Shown: piece after piece, positions 1 to 9,411 of the stretch
Numbering within the stretch: the stretch's first letter is position 1
Layout of the letters: each line of letters begins with the position of its first letter
Origin: a virus
IMG/VR virus record: IMGVR_UViG_3300013005_003552
Span: 80,266-144,265 of that record
Length of the DNA: 64,000 nucleotides
Direction: 5' to 3' (one strand)
Program-made: the position numbers and the translations under genes
The notes under the pieces: generated by a model
What the model was told of the DNA's origin: nothing
The model's database searches: none
The model's input: only the letters and a program-made list of their open reading frames with translations

Positions 1-2
1 AC

Positions 3-2591
3 CCAGGTGCAGCAGGTGCTGCCAATCCAACTGAAACTGTGGTCAACACTGGTGACTACATTGGTTATTTTAACGGCCTAGCTTTCACAAAGAACAAAGA
101 CGATAGCAACAACAGTTATCAACAGGTAGCAGCCATTGGCATGTATGCCACTGGTAGTAATACTTCATACGGCCTAGGCGGCAACATTGTGATCAGCACC
201 AAGCGCGATGGTGGTGTAATGACTCCTGCAGTTACCATTGACAACGATCAAAATGTTATTATCACTGGCTGCTTGACTGTTAATGGTACCACAACAACTA
301 TCAATTCTACTGTGATGACAGTGGATGACAAAAACATAATTGTGGCCAGCGGTGCAGCATCAGCAACCTTGGCCAATGGCGCTGGTCTCAGCGTGGATAC
401 AGCGTTTGCAAACATTGAATATGTAAACAGTGGGTTAACTTTGGCCAGCGACGATCGTTGGAGTTTCAACAAAGCAGTGACCATTGGCATGCCTTCTACA
501 CTTTCAAACAGCACAGCAACTGGTGCTTTAGTGGTACAAGGCGGTGTAGGTGTTGGTGGTGACTTGAATGTGGGTGGTACATTTGGCCTGGCCAGCACCA
601 CAGATGCTACTAGCTCAACCACAGGTGCGTTTTCTGTGGCTGGCGGTATCAGTGCTCAAAAGAATATAATTGCCGGGACAAACTTATACTCAAACGCGAC
701 TACCACTGCAAGTAACTTGAATGCTGGAGCTTTCCAGGTACAAGGTGGTGCAGCCATCAAAGGTAATTTGTATGTTGGCGGGCAAACTGTTGACGGAGCT
801 CTCAAAGGCGGTATGTTTGTGTTGGCAGGCAGTAGAGCCACAGATGTTTCTACAGGTGCATTGGTAGTCAAAGGCGGGGTTGGTATTGCAGGTAATTTGT
901 ATGTTGGTGACGCAGGCGGTGCAAATGGCCTGGTAATTACCAGTACACTGCGTACCAATGGTACTGCAATGATTAACAGCAATGCAGATGCAAGGAGTGC
1001 TACAGCAGCATTGCGAGTGATTGGCGGCACACTGTTTGAAAGCAATGTGGTCATTGGAATTGGTTCTGGCTCACAAGGTCGTGTGTTCATTGACAATTCT
1101 GAAAATGTCACAGCTGGAGATATTTCCACAGGCGGCCTAGTACTAGGCAACGGCTCGGCTCGTGTGGGCATGAGCGTAAGCGGTGATATCAATATTGGTA
1201 CCAGTGACTCCGGTTCTATATTCATTCTCAATAGAGAAGCCGCCCGGGGCACTCCTACCACATCACCAATCAAGCCAAACGAAACTGTACTAACTGGCGG
1301 CAATCCAACTTTGGGTGCTATGACTGCGCTGGGTGGCGTAAATGTGTTTGGTAACCTACACATAGGACAACCACACGACGGCACATCGTATGATAACAAT
1401 ACCAATACATGGTCTGGCGTTTACAACGGTGCAACTACAAAACCAGTTGGTGCGTGGAGTGGCAACCTGGTACTCAACAGCGGCGCCTGGGCCACAAACT
1501 TCAACAGTGGCGCACTACAAATCAAACAAGTTATCCTTGCTGACGGCAGCACCAGTGATGGCGGGCTAGGTGTTGCAGGTAATGTGTATGCCAATGGCGC
1601 CAGCTATCTGGGTGGTTTAGGGTTCAGCAGTTCTTATGCTAACCTGGTTGCAGCAAGTTCAACCGAAAGTACCAAAGGCGGAACAGATCCAAACGGTAGT
1701 CTGACAGTGCTAGGTGGCGCTGGTATTCAAAGCAAACTCAATGTTGGCGGTGTTATTGCAGCCAATGCTGGAATCAACAGTACATCCAAGACTATCGGTT
1801 CTATTGTTATAACCGGCTCAGGCGGTCTTGGTGTGGGCGGCGGCATTACTGCTGCAAACATCAGTCTAGATGCAGCAACCAACACTCAAGAAAGTTTGCT
1901 TGTTCCGACCGGCACGCTGCTAACCACACCAAAAGTTGGCGCAGTTGAATTTGCTAGTGGAGTTTGGTATGCTACCCCAACCACCAGCAGCCGTGCTGTT
2001 ATTCAAACACCACACATGTACGTTATCAGTGGCAATGCTGCATTTAACAATGGTAGCCTTATTCCTACTGCTGGAACAAATACTGCTTATGGTATATTTG
2101 GCGGTACTTCTGGCACAGCAGGGCAATTGACCGTGGCAGCATCAACCACATATGAATTTGAGATTCAACTCAACATTACTCATGCTCTTACTCCTTCCAG
2201 TGGTACACTGTTGTTTAATTTTGGAGGTACAGCAACATATACCATGTATCATTATCAAGTGTCGGTAGTTCCACAGGTGTACACCGATGGAGTAGCCACA
2301 GCAGCAGCTCCTACAAGTCCAGTAGATACAGTATGGTCTGGCACAACAACATTGCCCAGTATATCAACTGGTCAAGCCATAATACTAACTGCAAATACAC
2401 TTGCAAATAAATCTATTAGAGCTAAAGGTATCTTGGTTATAAATGTTGGCGGAACTGTAATTCCTCAGATTGGATTTGGTGCTCCTAATGCACCTGGTGT
2501 GATCACTAGGGCTCTACAAGGATCATACTGGAAGATGTCACCTGTTGGTGGTGCATCCGACATCTCAACTGGTAATTTTGCTGCATCATAA
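3..2591 (+). CDS. Tail fibre / adhesin-like structural protein (5' truncated by window)
   Basis: Frame open from base 3; Gly/Thr/Ser-rich; repeated TGALVVxGGVGIxGNLxVG-type units typical of phage fibres. Confidence 0.75.
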   Translation, partial: PGAAGAANPTETVVNTGDYIGYFNGLAFTKNKDDSNNSYQQVAAIGMYATGSNTSYGLGGNIVISTKRDGGVMTPAVTIDNDQNVIITGCLTVNGTTTTINSTVMTVDDKNIIVASGAASATLANGAGLSVDTAFANIEYVNSGLTLASDDRWSFNKAVTIGMPSTLSNSTATGALVVQGGVGVGGDLNVGGTFGLASTTDATSSTTGAFSVAGGISAQKNIIAGTNLYSNATTTASNLNAGAFQVQGGAAIKGNLYVGGQTVDGALKGGMFVLAGSRATDVSTGALVVKGGVGIAGNLYVGDAGGANGLVITSTLRTNGTAMINSNADARSATAALRVIGGTLFESNVVIGIGSGSQGRVFIDNSENVTAGDISTGGLVLGNGSARVGMSVSGDINIGTSDSGSIFILNREAARGTPTTSPIKPNETVLTGGNPTLGAMTALGGVNVFGNLHIGQPHDGTSYDNNTNTWSGVYNGATTKPVGAWSGNLVLNSGAWATNFNSGALQIKQVILADGSTSDGGLGVAGNVYANGASYLGGLGFSSSYANLVAASSTESTKGGTDPNGSLTVLGGAGIQSKLNVGGVIAANAGINSTSKTIGSIVITGSGGLGVGGGITAANISLDAATNTQESLLVPTGTLLTTPKVGAVEFASGVWYATPTTSSRAVIQTPHMYVISGNAAFNNGSLIPTAGTNTAYGIFGGTSGTAGQLTVAASTTYEFEIQLNITHALTPSSGTLLFNFGGTATYTMYHYQVSVVPQVYTDGVATAAAPTSPVDTVWSGTTTLPSISTGQAIILTANTLANKSIRAKGILVINVGGTVIPQIGFGAPNAPGVITRALQGSYWKMSPVGGASDISTGNFAAS

Positions 2592-2594
2592 TCA

Positions 2595-2623
2595 TTGACT
2601 CTTGGTCCAGTTAGTGTTAAACT
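2595..2623 (+). promoter_or_regulatory. sigma70-type promoter
   Basis: TTGACT-17bp-TAAACT (TG extended) upstream of GGAG RBS and ATG 2643. Confidence 0.6.
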
Positions 2624-2642
2624 AACTGGACTGGAGATCAAC

Positions 2643-3077
2643 ATGAACATTGACCTAAACAAATATTCCGAATTCGTTGGTGCAGTAACCAGCGAAGCTT
2701 CTCGTGACTTAACCACATTCATGAACCGTCTAGACTACTTGGACGGAAATTTTGATTACGAAAAAGACGCTCACGGGCCAGACATCAATGTCCCGCTGCT
2801 GCTGACAGGTGCTCTGGGACTTGCCGCAGAAACCGGTGAATTTTGTGAAATTCCAAAAAAGATCTTTTTTCAAGGCAAACCACTTACCGAAGAAAATGTG
2901 TTTCACATGAAACGCGAACTAGGCGATATCATGTGGTACTGGATTAATGCATGTAGAGCTTTGAATCTAGATCCAAACGAAGTCATTGCTGAGAATGTAA
3001 ATAAATTGAAAGCTCGTTACCCAGGTGGCGAATTTGATGTACATCACAGCGAACACAGACAACAAGGCGATATATAA
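2643..3077 (+). CDS. mazG: MazG-like nucleotide pyrophosphohydrolase
   Basis: GLAAETGEF..KK and RELGDIMWY..N..KL..RYP motifs. Confidence 0.85.
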   Translation: MNIDLNKYSEFVGAVTSEASRDLTTFMNRLDYLDGNFDYEKDAHGPDINVPLLLTGALGLAAETGEFCEIPKKIFFQGKPLTEENVFHMKRELGDIMWYWINACRALNLDPNEVIAENVNKLKARYPGGEFDVHHSEHRQQGDI

Positions 3078-3322
3078 TGGGATTTCATCCATTAGTTGAC
3101 AGTGTGACTCATCTAAAAGACGAAGAACTGTACAACAAAATAACCGAACTTACAAATAAGATGAATTCTGCTTATAGACTAGGATCCGGGGATGCTTTGC
3201 GGCAAATGCAAATGATCATGCAACACTATCAAGACGAGCTAGCAAATAGAAATCGCAAGCGTCTTGAGGACATGGAAAAGAACAGTAAAAACTTTAGCAA
3301 AATCATAGATATCAAAAAATGA
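3077..3322 (+). CDS. Hypothetical protein (coiled coil)
   Basis: 81 aa ORF coupled to neighbours (TAATG / ATGA overlaps). Confidence 0.7.
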   Translation: MGFHPLVDSVTHLKDEELYNKITELTNKMNSAYRLGSGDALRQMQMIMQHYQDELANRNRKRLEDMEKNSKNFSKIIDIKK

Positions 3323-3831
3323 AATACGATCAATACGGAGTAGCGTATGCCAGCTGTGACGAGCTTTGCGACCTATTGTATCAAAAACCTGCACTTGACC
3401 TAGGCAAGGTTCATGTTATAGATCCCACTATCTACAACTATGCGGTAGCTGCTTTGTATGCAGAATTTCCATCTCTTCAGATTTATAATCCTGATGTTGT
3501 GGATATAGAATCTTTTGATCATACTAACCAACAGCAATGGCTCATGCCTGAATCTTATCAATCGTTGGATATTGCAGAGCATGTGTTGTCATTATGCACA
3601 AATGATGCAGAACTACAACGAGTTGGCACTGAGCTGCTGCTGTTTCAAGAACGCAACTTATTCAACTTGCTCAAATATCTAAAATATCTTGTGGACACCA
3701 TGCGAGCACACAACATTGTGTGGGGTGTTGGGCGAGGTAGTAGTGTGGCTAGTTATGTACTGTTTCTGCTGGGTGTGCATAAGATTAACAGTTTATATTA
3801 TGATTTAGATCCCAATGAATTCCTCAAATAA
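3319..3831 (+). CDS. Stand-alone fragment of DNA polymerase III alpha (DnaE-like)
   Basis: WGVGRGSSVASYVLFLLGVHKIN...DLDPNEFL matches DnaE GRGSAAGSLVAY.LGIT.IDP..LLFERFL; stops before PDIDxD. Confidence 0.75.
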   Translation: MKYDQYGVAYASCDELCDLLYQKPALDLGKVHVIDPTIYNYAVAALYAEFPSLQIYNPDVVDIESFDHTNQQQWLMPESYQSLDIAEHVLSLCTNDAELQRVGTELLLFQERNLFNLLKYLKYLVDTMRAHNIVWGVGRGSSVASYVLFLLGVHKINSLYYDLDPNEFLK

Positions 3832-3834
3832 ATA
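3829..3834 (+). promoter_or_regulatory. T4-like late promoter core TAAATA (representative copy)
   Basis: Recurs before genes at 3829, 8747, 11241, 14665, 15439, 21035, 24050, 24270, 25765, 27284, 31667, 33249, 36965, 45385, 49146, 53795, 56769, 62094, 63249 and on the minus strand at 14550-14555. Confidence 0.7.
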
Positions 3835-3853
3835 TCTACCTTAGGAGAATAAA

Positions 3854-4282
3854 ATGGCAAAACAAATTTATAGAACAGCACAAGGCAAACCCATTGATTT
3901 GGATGCGCTTAGAGTGCGCAACGAACAGTCAGTGGCTGTGGGCAATATGAAAACCAATGCCCGCGGCGACGAACTTGGTCCGGGCGGTATTGTGGTACGC
4001 ACACGCGAACAAGTGATGAAAGAATACTACAATACCAATGCTGTGTACACCAAAGAACGAGTAGAGCAGCAACGAGAAGATGCTCAAAATGCCAGAGCAA
4101 ATGTGCCACCTGTGAATACTGGCATTCCAGACGAAATACTAGAGCAAGATCAAACCATGGATGAAATTGAGCAACCAAAAATGCGCGGTGCACTTGCAGA
4201 CGCAGTGGCCAAGAGTACCAAGGTTGAACAAAAACTTCTTCAACCAAAAAAGAACAATGGCAACGGACCGTCGAGGATCTAA
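3854..4282 (+). CDS. Hypothetical phage protein
   Basis: AGGAG RBS, TAAATA upstream, 142 aa. Confidence 0.75.
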   Translation: MAKQIYRTAQGKPIDLDALRVRNEQSVAVGNMKTNARGDELGPGGIVVRTREQVMKEYYNTNAVYTKERVEQQREDAQNARANVPPVNTGIPDEILEQDQTMDEIEQPKMRGALADAVAKSTKVEQKLLQPKKNNGNGPSRI

Positions 4283-4702
4283 ATGAGCGAATTACCAATT
4301 GGACAAGGATTATTTCCCACACAAGGAAGTTATCGACATACTCATCACATAGAAAAACTTCGCCCATTGGGCAACAATGTCTTGATCAAGGACATGAATT
4401 TTAGTGGTAGAACTCTTTCCAGTGGTATAGTGTTGTTAGGAGACGATGCCACTACCACCGGTATTCGTCCGCGCTGGGCGCAGGTATATGAAGTTGGTCC
4501 AGAACAACAAGATGTTGTTCCAGGACAATGGATCTTGGTAGAACACGGTCGCTGGAGTCGAGGCATTGAGGTTGAAATTGATAATGAGCAATTCACCTTA
4601 AGGCGAGTTGACCCAAACTGTATCATTTTTGTAAGTGACCACGCACCAGACGCCGATGATACCATTAGCTCTGCCGTCCAGGCACATAGCAAAACAAGAT
4701 AA
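4283..4702 (+). CDS. groES: GroES/Cpn10-like co-chaperonin (gp31-like)
   Basis: LRPLGNNVLI..RTLSSGIVL..AQVYEVGP..VVPGQWILV pattern. Confidence 0.75.
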   Translation: MSELPIGQGLFPTQGSYRHTHHIEKLRPLGNNVLIKDMNFSGRTLSSGIVLLGDDATTTGIRPRWAQVYEVGPEQQDVVPGQWILVEHGRWSRGIEVEIDNEQFTLRRVDPNCIIFVSDHAPDADDTISSAVQAHSKTR

Positions 4703-4706
4703 CCAA

Positions 4707-4949
4707 ATGGGATTCCGAAAGCCCAGCCTTGAGGATGCTTACGCAGCTATCCGTACAAGTCTGTTAGAAATAAATTCTCCGTACAACGATGGTTTCACCG
4801 GAATAGCTTGCAAGCAAGAGCTATATCAGTTAAAATGCTGGTTAGAGGACAACTATGATAGTTTACCAATCTTTGATGGAGAAGACAAATGGGAACAGGA
4901 ACGGATGATTCAAATCTTAAAGAGGAAGCCAAAAAACGCAGCCACATGA
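4707..4949 (+). CDS. Hypothetical protein
   Basis: ATG right after groES stop. Confidence 0.65.
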   Translation: MGFRKPSLEDAYAAIRTSLLEINSPYNDGFTGIACKQELYQLKCWLEDNYDSLPIFDGEDKWEQERMIQILKRKPKNAAT

Positions 4950-5344
4950 CGGCTCGTCTTTATCGAGGCTTGCTTGATATTCTCAAAACCAAAAACGAAC
5001 ATCTAAGCACTGCGTTGGTTGCGCATATTCGCAGTTTTGATCGCGGCGAAGAATCAGAATTTAGCTACACCGAAATGATGGGCTTCTGGCGCATGCTCAT
5101 GGAGTTGATTTTTAATGTGTATGTTCAAACAGTACACTTTGTTGGCGTACTACTGGTTGCCACACTGGTGGTCGTTGCATGGCCGCTGCGGTGCTTGATA
5201 GAATTGTTCACAGGCAGTTGGTTTGGCAAAAATTATCAACATCAGGATGAGCCAGGGCAAGAACCTGTGTTTGACAAATCAGAAGAATCAAAAAATGTTG
5301 TGCGCCGAGTGGTGTACGAAGAAGCCAAGGTTGAGAAAAAATGA
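4946..5344 (+). CDS. Hypothetical membrane protein
   Basis: ATGA coupling; hydrophobic FVGVLLVATLVVVAW. Confidence 0.65.
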   Translation: MTARLYRGLLDILKTKNEHLSTALVAHIRSFDRGEESEFSYTEMMGFWRMLMELIFNVYVQTVHFVGVLLVATLVVVAWPLRCLIELFTGSWFGKNYQHQDEPGQEPVFDKSEESKNVVRRVVYEEAKVEKK

Positions 5345-6258
5345 AAGAACTATGGGTTGAAAAATATCGTCCTTGTACCGTAAAAGAGTATGTGTTCATT
5401 GACAACAATCAACGAGAACAAGTTGTACAATGGATCAAGGAAGGCCACATCCCACATCTCTTACTCAGTGGCGGCCCCGGTACCGGTAAAACCACACTAG
5501 CTCGTATGTTAATTCACGAACTTAAAGTGGACGAGTATGATGTGTTGCAGGTAAATGCAAGCAACGAAACCAAGGTTGAGACCATGAGAGACAAGGTGCT
5601 GGGATTTGCCAGCACCATGCCGTTTGGTGAGTTTAAGATAATTCTATTGGACGAAGCAGATTATCTTAGTCAAAACAGCCAGGCACTGTTGCGCAATGCT
5701 ATGGAAACATATCATGCCAGTGTGCGATTTATTTTTACTTGTAACGCACCGCACAAGATAATCCCAGCACTGCACAGTCGTTGCCAAGGTTTCCACATTG
5801 CCAAACAGGATCACACAGAGTTTACTGCACGAGTGGCCACTGTGTTGGTTAGTGAAGGCATAGAATTTGATCTGGATACCTTGGACAGCTATGTCAAAGC
5901 AACATATCCAGATCTGCGTAAATGTTTGAATCTTGTGCAATTAAACAGCAACGACGGACATCTGAACAAGCCTCGCGAGGGCGATAAAGCAGTTGGGGAC
6001 TGGAAACTGGATGCTGTTGAATTGTTCAAAGCTGGCAAAATTCGTGAAGCTCGTGTGTTGTTATGTTCACAAGCAGCACCAGAAGAAATGGAAGATATCT
6101 TTCGATGGATGTATGACAACATCACTTTATGGGGTACCACGCACGAGAAACAAGACGAAGCAATCAAGATCATTCGTACAGGTCTTGTGAATCATGTGAG
6201 TTGTGCCGACCCTGAGATCAATCTCAGCGCAACCATTATTGAACTGTCACAGATCTAA
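5341..6258 (+). CDS. Clamp loader AAA+ subunit (T4 gp44 / RFC-small like)
   Basis: LWVEKYRP, GGPGTGKT, NASNE, ILLDEAD, SRC motifs. Confidence 0.95.
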   Translation: MKELWVEKYRPCTVKEYVFIDNNQREQVVQWIKEGHIPHLLLSGGPGTGKTTLARMLIHELKVDEYDVLQVNASNETKVETMRDKVLGFASTMPFGEFKIILLDEADYLSQNSQALLRNAMETYHASVRFIFTCNAPHKIIPALHSRCQGFHIAKQDHTEFTARVATVLVSEGIEFDLDTLDSYVKATYPDLRKCLNLVQLNSNDGHLNKPREGDKAVGDWKLDAVELFKAGKIREARVLLCSQAAPEEMEDIFRWMYDNITLWGTTHEKQDEAIKIIRTGLVNHVSCADPEINLSATIIELSQI

Positions 6259-7346
6259 TGCCGGTTTGTTTAGAGCCTCTTGCCCAGCCGGGTCATGCTC
6301 CTAGTTTTTTATTAGACTGGGAGCTTACCATGAAGTGTAATCTAGACTGTTCGTATTGTGGCACTGGATTGTATGGCGGGCATGATAATACCACTGCGCA
6401 TCCACCCTTACAAGATTGTCTTAACACCATTGATTTCATGTATGCGTATGCTGATGCATATTTGGCATACAAGACACGAGGTTTACAAAAAGTAGTTTTG
6501 AATGTGTATGGCGGCGAAGCTCTCCATCATCCCCACATAGTAAGCATCCTTGAGGCTGCAAAACAAAAGCATCAAGATTACGCATGGCCAATTACCATTA
6601 CCACTACCACCAATGCTATTATTAGCGAAAAAAAGTTACAGTCGTTGCTGCCGTTGATTGATCAGTTTACTGTGAGCTATCATCCAGAGTCAACTGATAA
6701 ACACAAACAACAATTTAGAAACAATCTACTTGTTATAAAAAACAGCGGTCGAGCAATAAAGTGTGTGGTACTAATGCATCCTCAATATTTCGAAGACGCT
6801 CAACAGCAGGTACAGTGGTGTCAAGAACATGAAATTGCCTGTCAACCCAAGGCCATTGACCATCCCAAAGAATGGCCACAGTTTAACTATGACCCCAAAC
6901 AGGTTATTTGGCTTAATCAACTGTACAACACAGATATCTCTCCGGCTGCTAGCACAGATGTAAGTGAGCAAGGCAGGGCCTGTTGCGGAAGCAGGCAATT
7001 GTTTCATGACGAAAACTATAAACAATCTGTGTCGTTTGTTTACAATAAATTTCCAGACTGGTATTGTTCAGTCAATTGGTTCTTTGTATATGTTAAACAA
7101 GTCAACGGAGAAGTGTTTGTCAACAAAGATTGTATGATGAACTTTGACGGCTCCGTGGGACCAATTGGAAATCTAAGCGAGTCTACACAGTTACTGGATA
7201 AATTAAAAACACAGTTACAAAACAATTCGCTACCTGTTATTCAGTGCAAGAAGCATAGTTGCTGGTGTGGATTGTGTGCGCCCAAAGCACAGACCATGGA
7301 AAAATACACAAGCATCATGCAAAAATATCAGAGGAGAATATCATGA
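6258..7346 (+). CDS. Radical SAM protein with Cys-rich C-terminus
   Basis: CNLDCSYC, YGGE, TTN; C-terminal CCG..YC..DC..CKKHSCWCGLC. Confidence 0.85.
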   Translation: MPVCLEPLAQPGHAPSFLLDWELTMKCNLDCSYCGTGLYGGHDNTTAHPPLQDCLNTIDFMYAYADAYLAYKTRGLQKVVLNVYGGEALHHPHIVSILEAAKQKHQDYAWPITITTTTNAIISEKKLQSLLPLIDQFTVSYHPESTDKHKQQFRNNLLVIKNSGRAIKCVVLMHPQYFEDAQQQVQWCQEHEIACQPKAIDHPKEWPQFNYDPKQVIWLNQLYNTDISPAASTDVSEQGRACCGSRQLFHDENYKQSVSFVYNKFPDWYCSVNWFFVYVKQVNGEVFVNKDCMMNFDGSVGPIGNLSESTQLLDKLKTQLQNNSLPVIQCKKHSCWCGLCAPKAQTMEKYTSIMQKYQRRIS

Positions 7347-7747
7347 AAGAAAAAAGCATTTATCTGGTTGCAACCTATATCATGAAACCCAAGGATCATG
7401 TTAATACCAGCAAAAAAGGATGGAAGGATGATCCTGCAAACATCAGGTATGATGAAAAGATTGAGATAACTCGCGGAGTTAAAAAAAGAGACATGGATTC
7501 AGCCAATGTAATTTTAGATCTAAGCAACTTGCGTATTGATCGTAATACTTTCAAAACTGAACGAACCTTTGATGAAATTTTTAGATACTATTTTAACAAT
7601 TACAACAAATATTTGATTCCAGTAATGGGACAACTGCATCCAGACTATCTTGATCAAATGGCCAAAGAAATTGAACAAGAATTATCTGCCATACCCACAG
7701 ATGATAATATCACGGAAGCAAAATATGAAGAACTGGAAACTAAGTGA
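7343..7747 (+). CDS. Hypothetical protein
   Basis: GAGGAG RBS, ATGA overlap. Confidence 0.7.
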   Translation: MKEKSIYLVATYIMKPKDHVNTSKKGWKDDPANIRYDEKIEITRGVKKRDMDSANVILDLSNLRIDRNTFKTERTFDEIFRYYFNNYNKYLIPVMGQLHPDYLDQMAKEIEQELSAIPTDDNITEAKYEELETK

Positions 7748-8045
7748 AACTGGCGCCCGCGGCTGGTTCATAGGAGATTTCCCTGAGGCTGTATGGCGTA
7801 CTAAAGATTTTGAAGTGAACTGGCAGACCAACGAACCTGGTCATGCCACCAGCCACTATCACAAGGTGGTACATGAAATACAATTGGTCACGCGAGGACG
7901 CATATTGGTCAATGGTCAGATATATGAGGCCGGGGACATATTCATGTTTGAACCTGGTGATCTTTGCCAGGTAGAATTTCTAGAACAAACAGACACTGTG
8001 GCTGTGAAAGTTCCCAGTGTGCCCAACGACAAATATTATCTATAA
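7725..8045 (+). CDS. Cupin-domain protein
   Basis: GWFIGDF, HYHKVVHE, GDIFMFEPG cupin pattern. Confidence 0.7.
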   Translation: MKNWKLSETGARGWFIGDFPEAVWRTKDFEVNWQTNEPGHATSHYHKVVHEIQLVTRGRILVNGQIYEAGDIFMFEPGDLCQVEFLEQTDTVAVKVPSVPNDKYYL

Positions 8046-8047
8046 AC

Positions 8048-8749
8048 ATGCACAGCTCTGCTCTCACCAATGCCAAAAAGTTCTTTGACACCTATTCAAC
8101 TGCCATGCCCGATGGCGCCATTGTGGTAGATGTAGGCAGCATGGATATCAATGGCAGCATCAAAGATGTGTGTCCAACTCGATTCAATTATGTGGGCATA
8201 GATTTCGAGTCAGGTAAAAATGTAGATCTGGTCATGTTGGATCCCTATGTTGTGCCTGTGCATGACGAAAAAGTCGACATCGTCACAGCCAGCAGTGTGT
8301 TTGAGCACAGCGAAATGTTCTGGGTGCTGTTCTTGGACATCATGCGCATACTCAAACCCAATGGATTGTTTTATCTCAATGTGCCCAGCAATGGTGCTTT
8401 TCACCGCCATCCAGTGGATTGCTGGCGTTTTTATCCGGACGCAGCCGAAGCATTGGTCACTTGGGCAGCTCGCAATGGACTCAATGTGGCTTTTTTAGAA
8501 AGCTGGTTCAGCAAAAAAGGTGACGATGACAGCGCATGGAATGATTTTGTGGCAGTGTTTGTCAAGAACAAAGATTCGGCGTCAGAATATCCCAGTCGCA
8601 TGGCCTACGATTTAGTGGACGGAAAATATCGTTGGAAGGTAAAAGCCGGCGAAATTTACAACGGCAGATTTTTTGGACAAGGAAGAGAATCTATTTTGGA
8701 TTTGCAAGACTTCCCTGAAGGCGGACAGCCGCCACGCACAAGAGCATAA
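8048..8749 (+). CDS. Class I SAM-dependent methyltransferase
   Basis: VVDVGS, GID, SSVFEH, RILKPNG, HRHPVDCWRF. Confidence 0.85.
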   Translation: MHSSALTNAKKFFDTYSTAMPDGAIVVDVGSMDINGSIKDVCPTRFNYVGIDFESGKNVDLVMLDPYVVPVHDEKVDIVTASSVFEHSEMFWVLFLDIMRILKPNGLFYLNVPSNGAFHRHPVDCWRFYPDAAEALVTWAARNGLNVAFLESWFSKKGDDDSAWNDFVAVFVKNKDSASEYPSRMAYDLVDGKYRWKVKAGEIYNGRFFGQGRESILDLQDFPEGGQPPRTRA

Positions 8750-8756
8750 ATACTGT

Positions 8757-8996
8757 ATGAATCCAAAGTTTCTTAAAGCCATGAAGGCAAAGAAAAAGCG
8801 GGTGATGGATCCTAATATTCCACGCCCTAATTTGTTTTCGCATGACAAAGAAATTCGTGGAATTAAAACAACCAACGAAACAGTAGCACAACAAATCACG
8901 CATTTGCAGGATCAGGTGCGTAAGTTAGAACGCAAAGTGCAGGCACAAGCAGACTATATTGGTGCCCTGAATCAGCGGGTAGTGCTAAAAAAGTAA
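8757..8996 (+). CDS. Hypothetical basic coiled-coil protein
   Basis: ATG 4 nt after TAAATA; MNPKFLKAMK... Confidence 0.6.
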   Translation: MNPKFLKAMKAKKKRVMDPNIPRPNLFSHDKEIRGIKTTNETVAQQITHLQDQVRKLERKVQAQADYIGALNQRVVLKK

Positions 8997-9042
8997 CACT
9001 TTTTAGCTGATTTTGCTATTTTTGCAACAAAAAACCCTGTAA

Positions 9043-9055
9043 AATCAAGCACTTA
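9043..9055 (+). promoter_or_regulatory. IHF consensus binding site
   Basis: AATCAAGCACTTA = WATCAANNNNTTR with upstream A-tract, just 5' of a strong promoter. Confidence 0.5.
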
Positions 9056-9082
9056 CAGCATCTGAAATTGCTGCAAAAACGG

Positions 9083-9111
9083 TTGACCGTATTGGTCCAT
9101 TTTGCTATACT
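9083..9111 (+). promoter_or_regulatory. Strong sigma70 (early) promoter
   Basis: TTGACC-17bp-TATACT with TG extension; near-duplicate at 58756-58784. Confidence 0.8.
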
Positions 9112-9141
9112 AGTGGCATAGTGATTAATAAGGAGCCCAAA

Positions 9142-9411
9142 ATGTCCACAGCAACATACGATGCACTCACCGAGCAACAAAAGCGCGAAGTGCGCATGTA
9201 CGGATGCACTGAAGCGCAAATGCGCGAAGCAGTAGAGTCCAGCATTACATTCAAGCTCAGCGGTCCTGCTATGATAGCCGCCAGCATGATGTCGGATGCA
9301 CAAGAGATGATGGCATACGAACAGCCCGATTTCAACACCATTGAAGATCAGCGTCAACTGCTGAACCGTGCCAAATTTGTGTTGTTTACTTATGTTATGG
9401 AGAACAAATAA
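9142..9411 (+). CDS. Early hypothetical protein
   Basis: AAGGAG RBS then ATG 9142. Confidence 0.75.
   Translation: MSTATYDALTEQQKREVRMYGCTEAQMREAVESSITFKLSGPAMIAASMMSDAQEMMAYEQPDFNTIEDQRQLLNRAKFVLFTYVMENK

Noticed and set aside
248-1405. Long minus-strand ORFs opposite the fibre gene (also 12436-12912, 59557-60306 and others)
   Set aside because: They are antisense shadows of codon-biased plus-strand genes, with no RBS or motifs.
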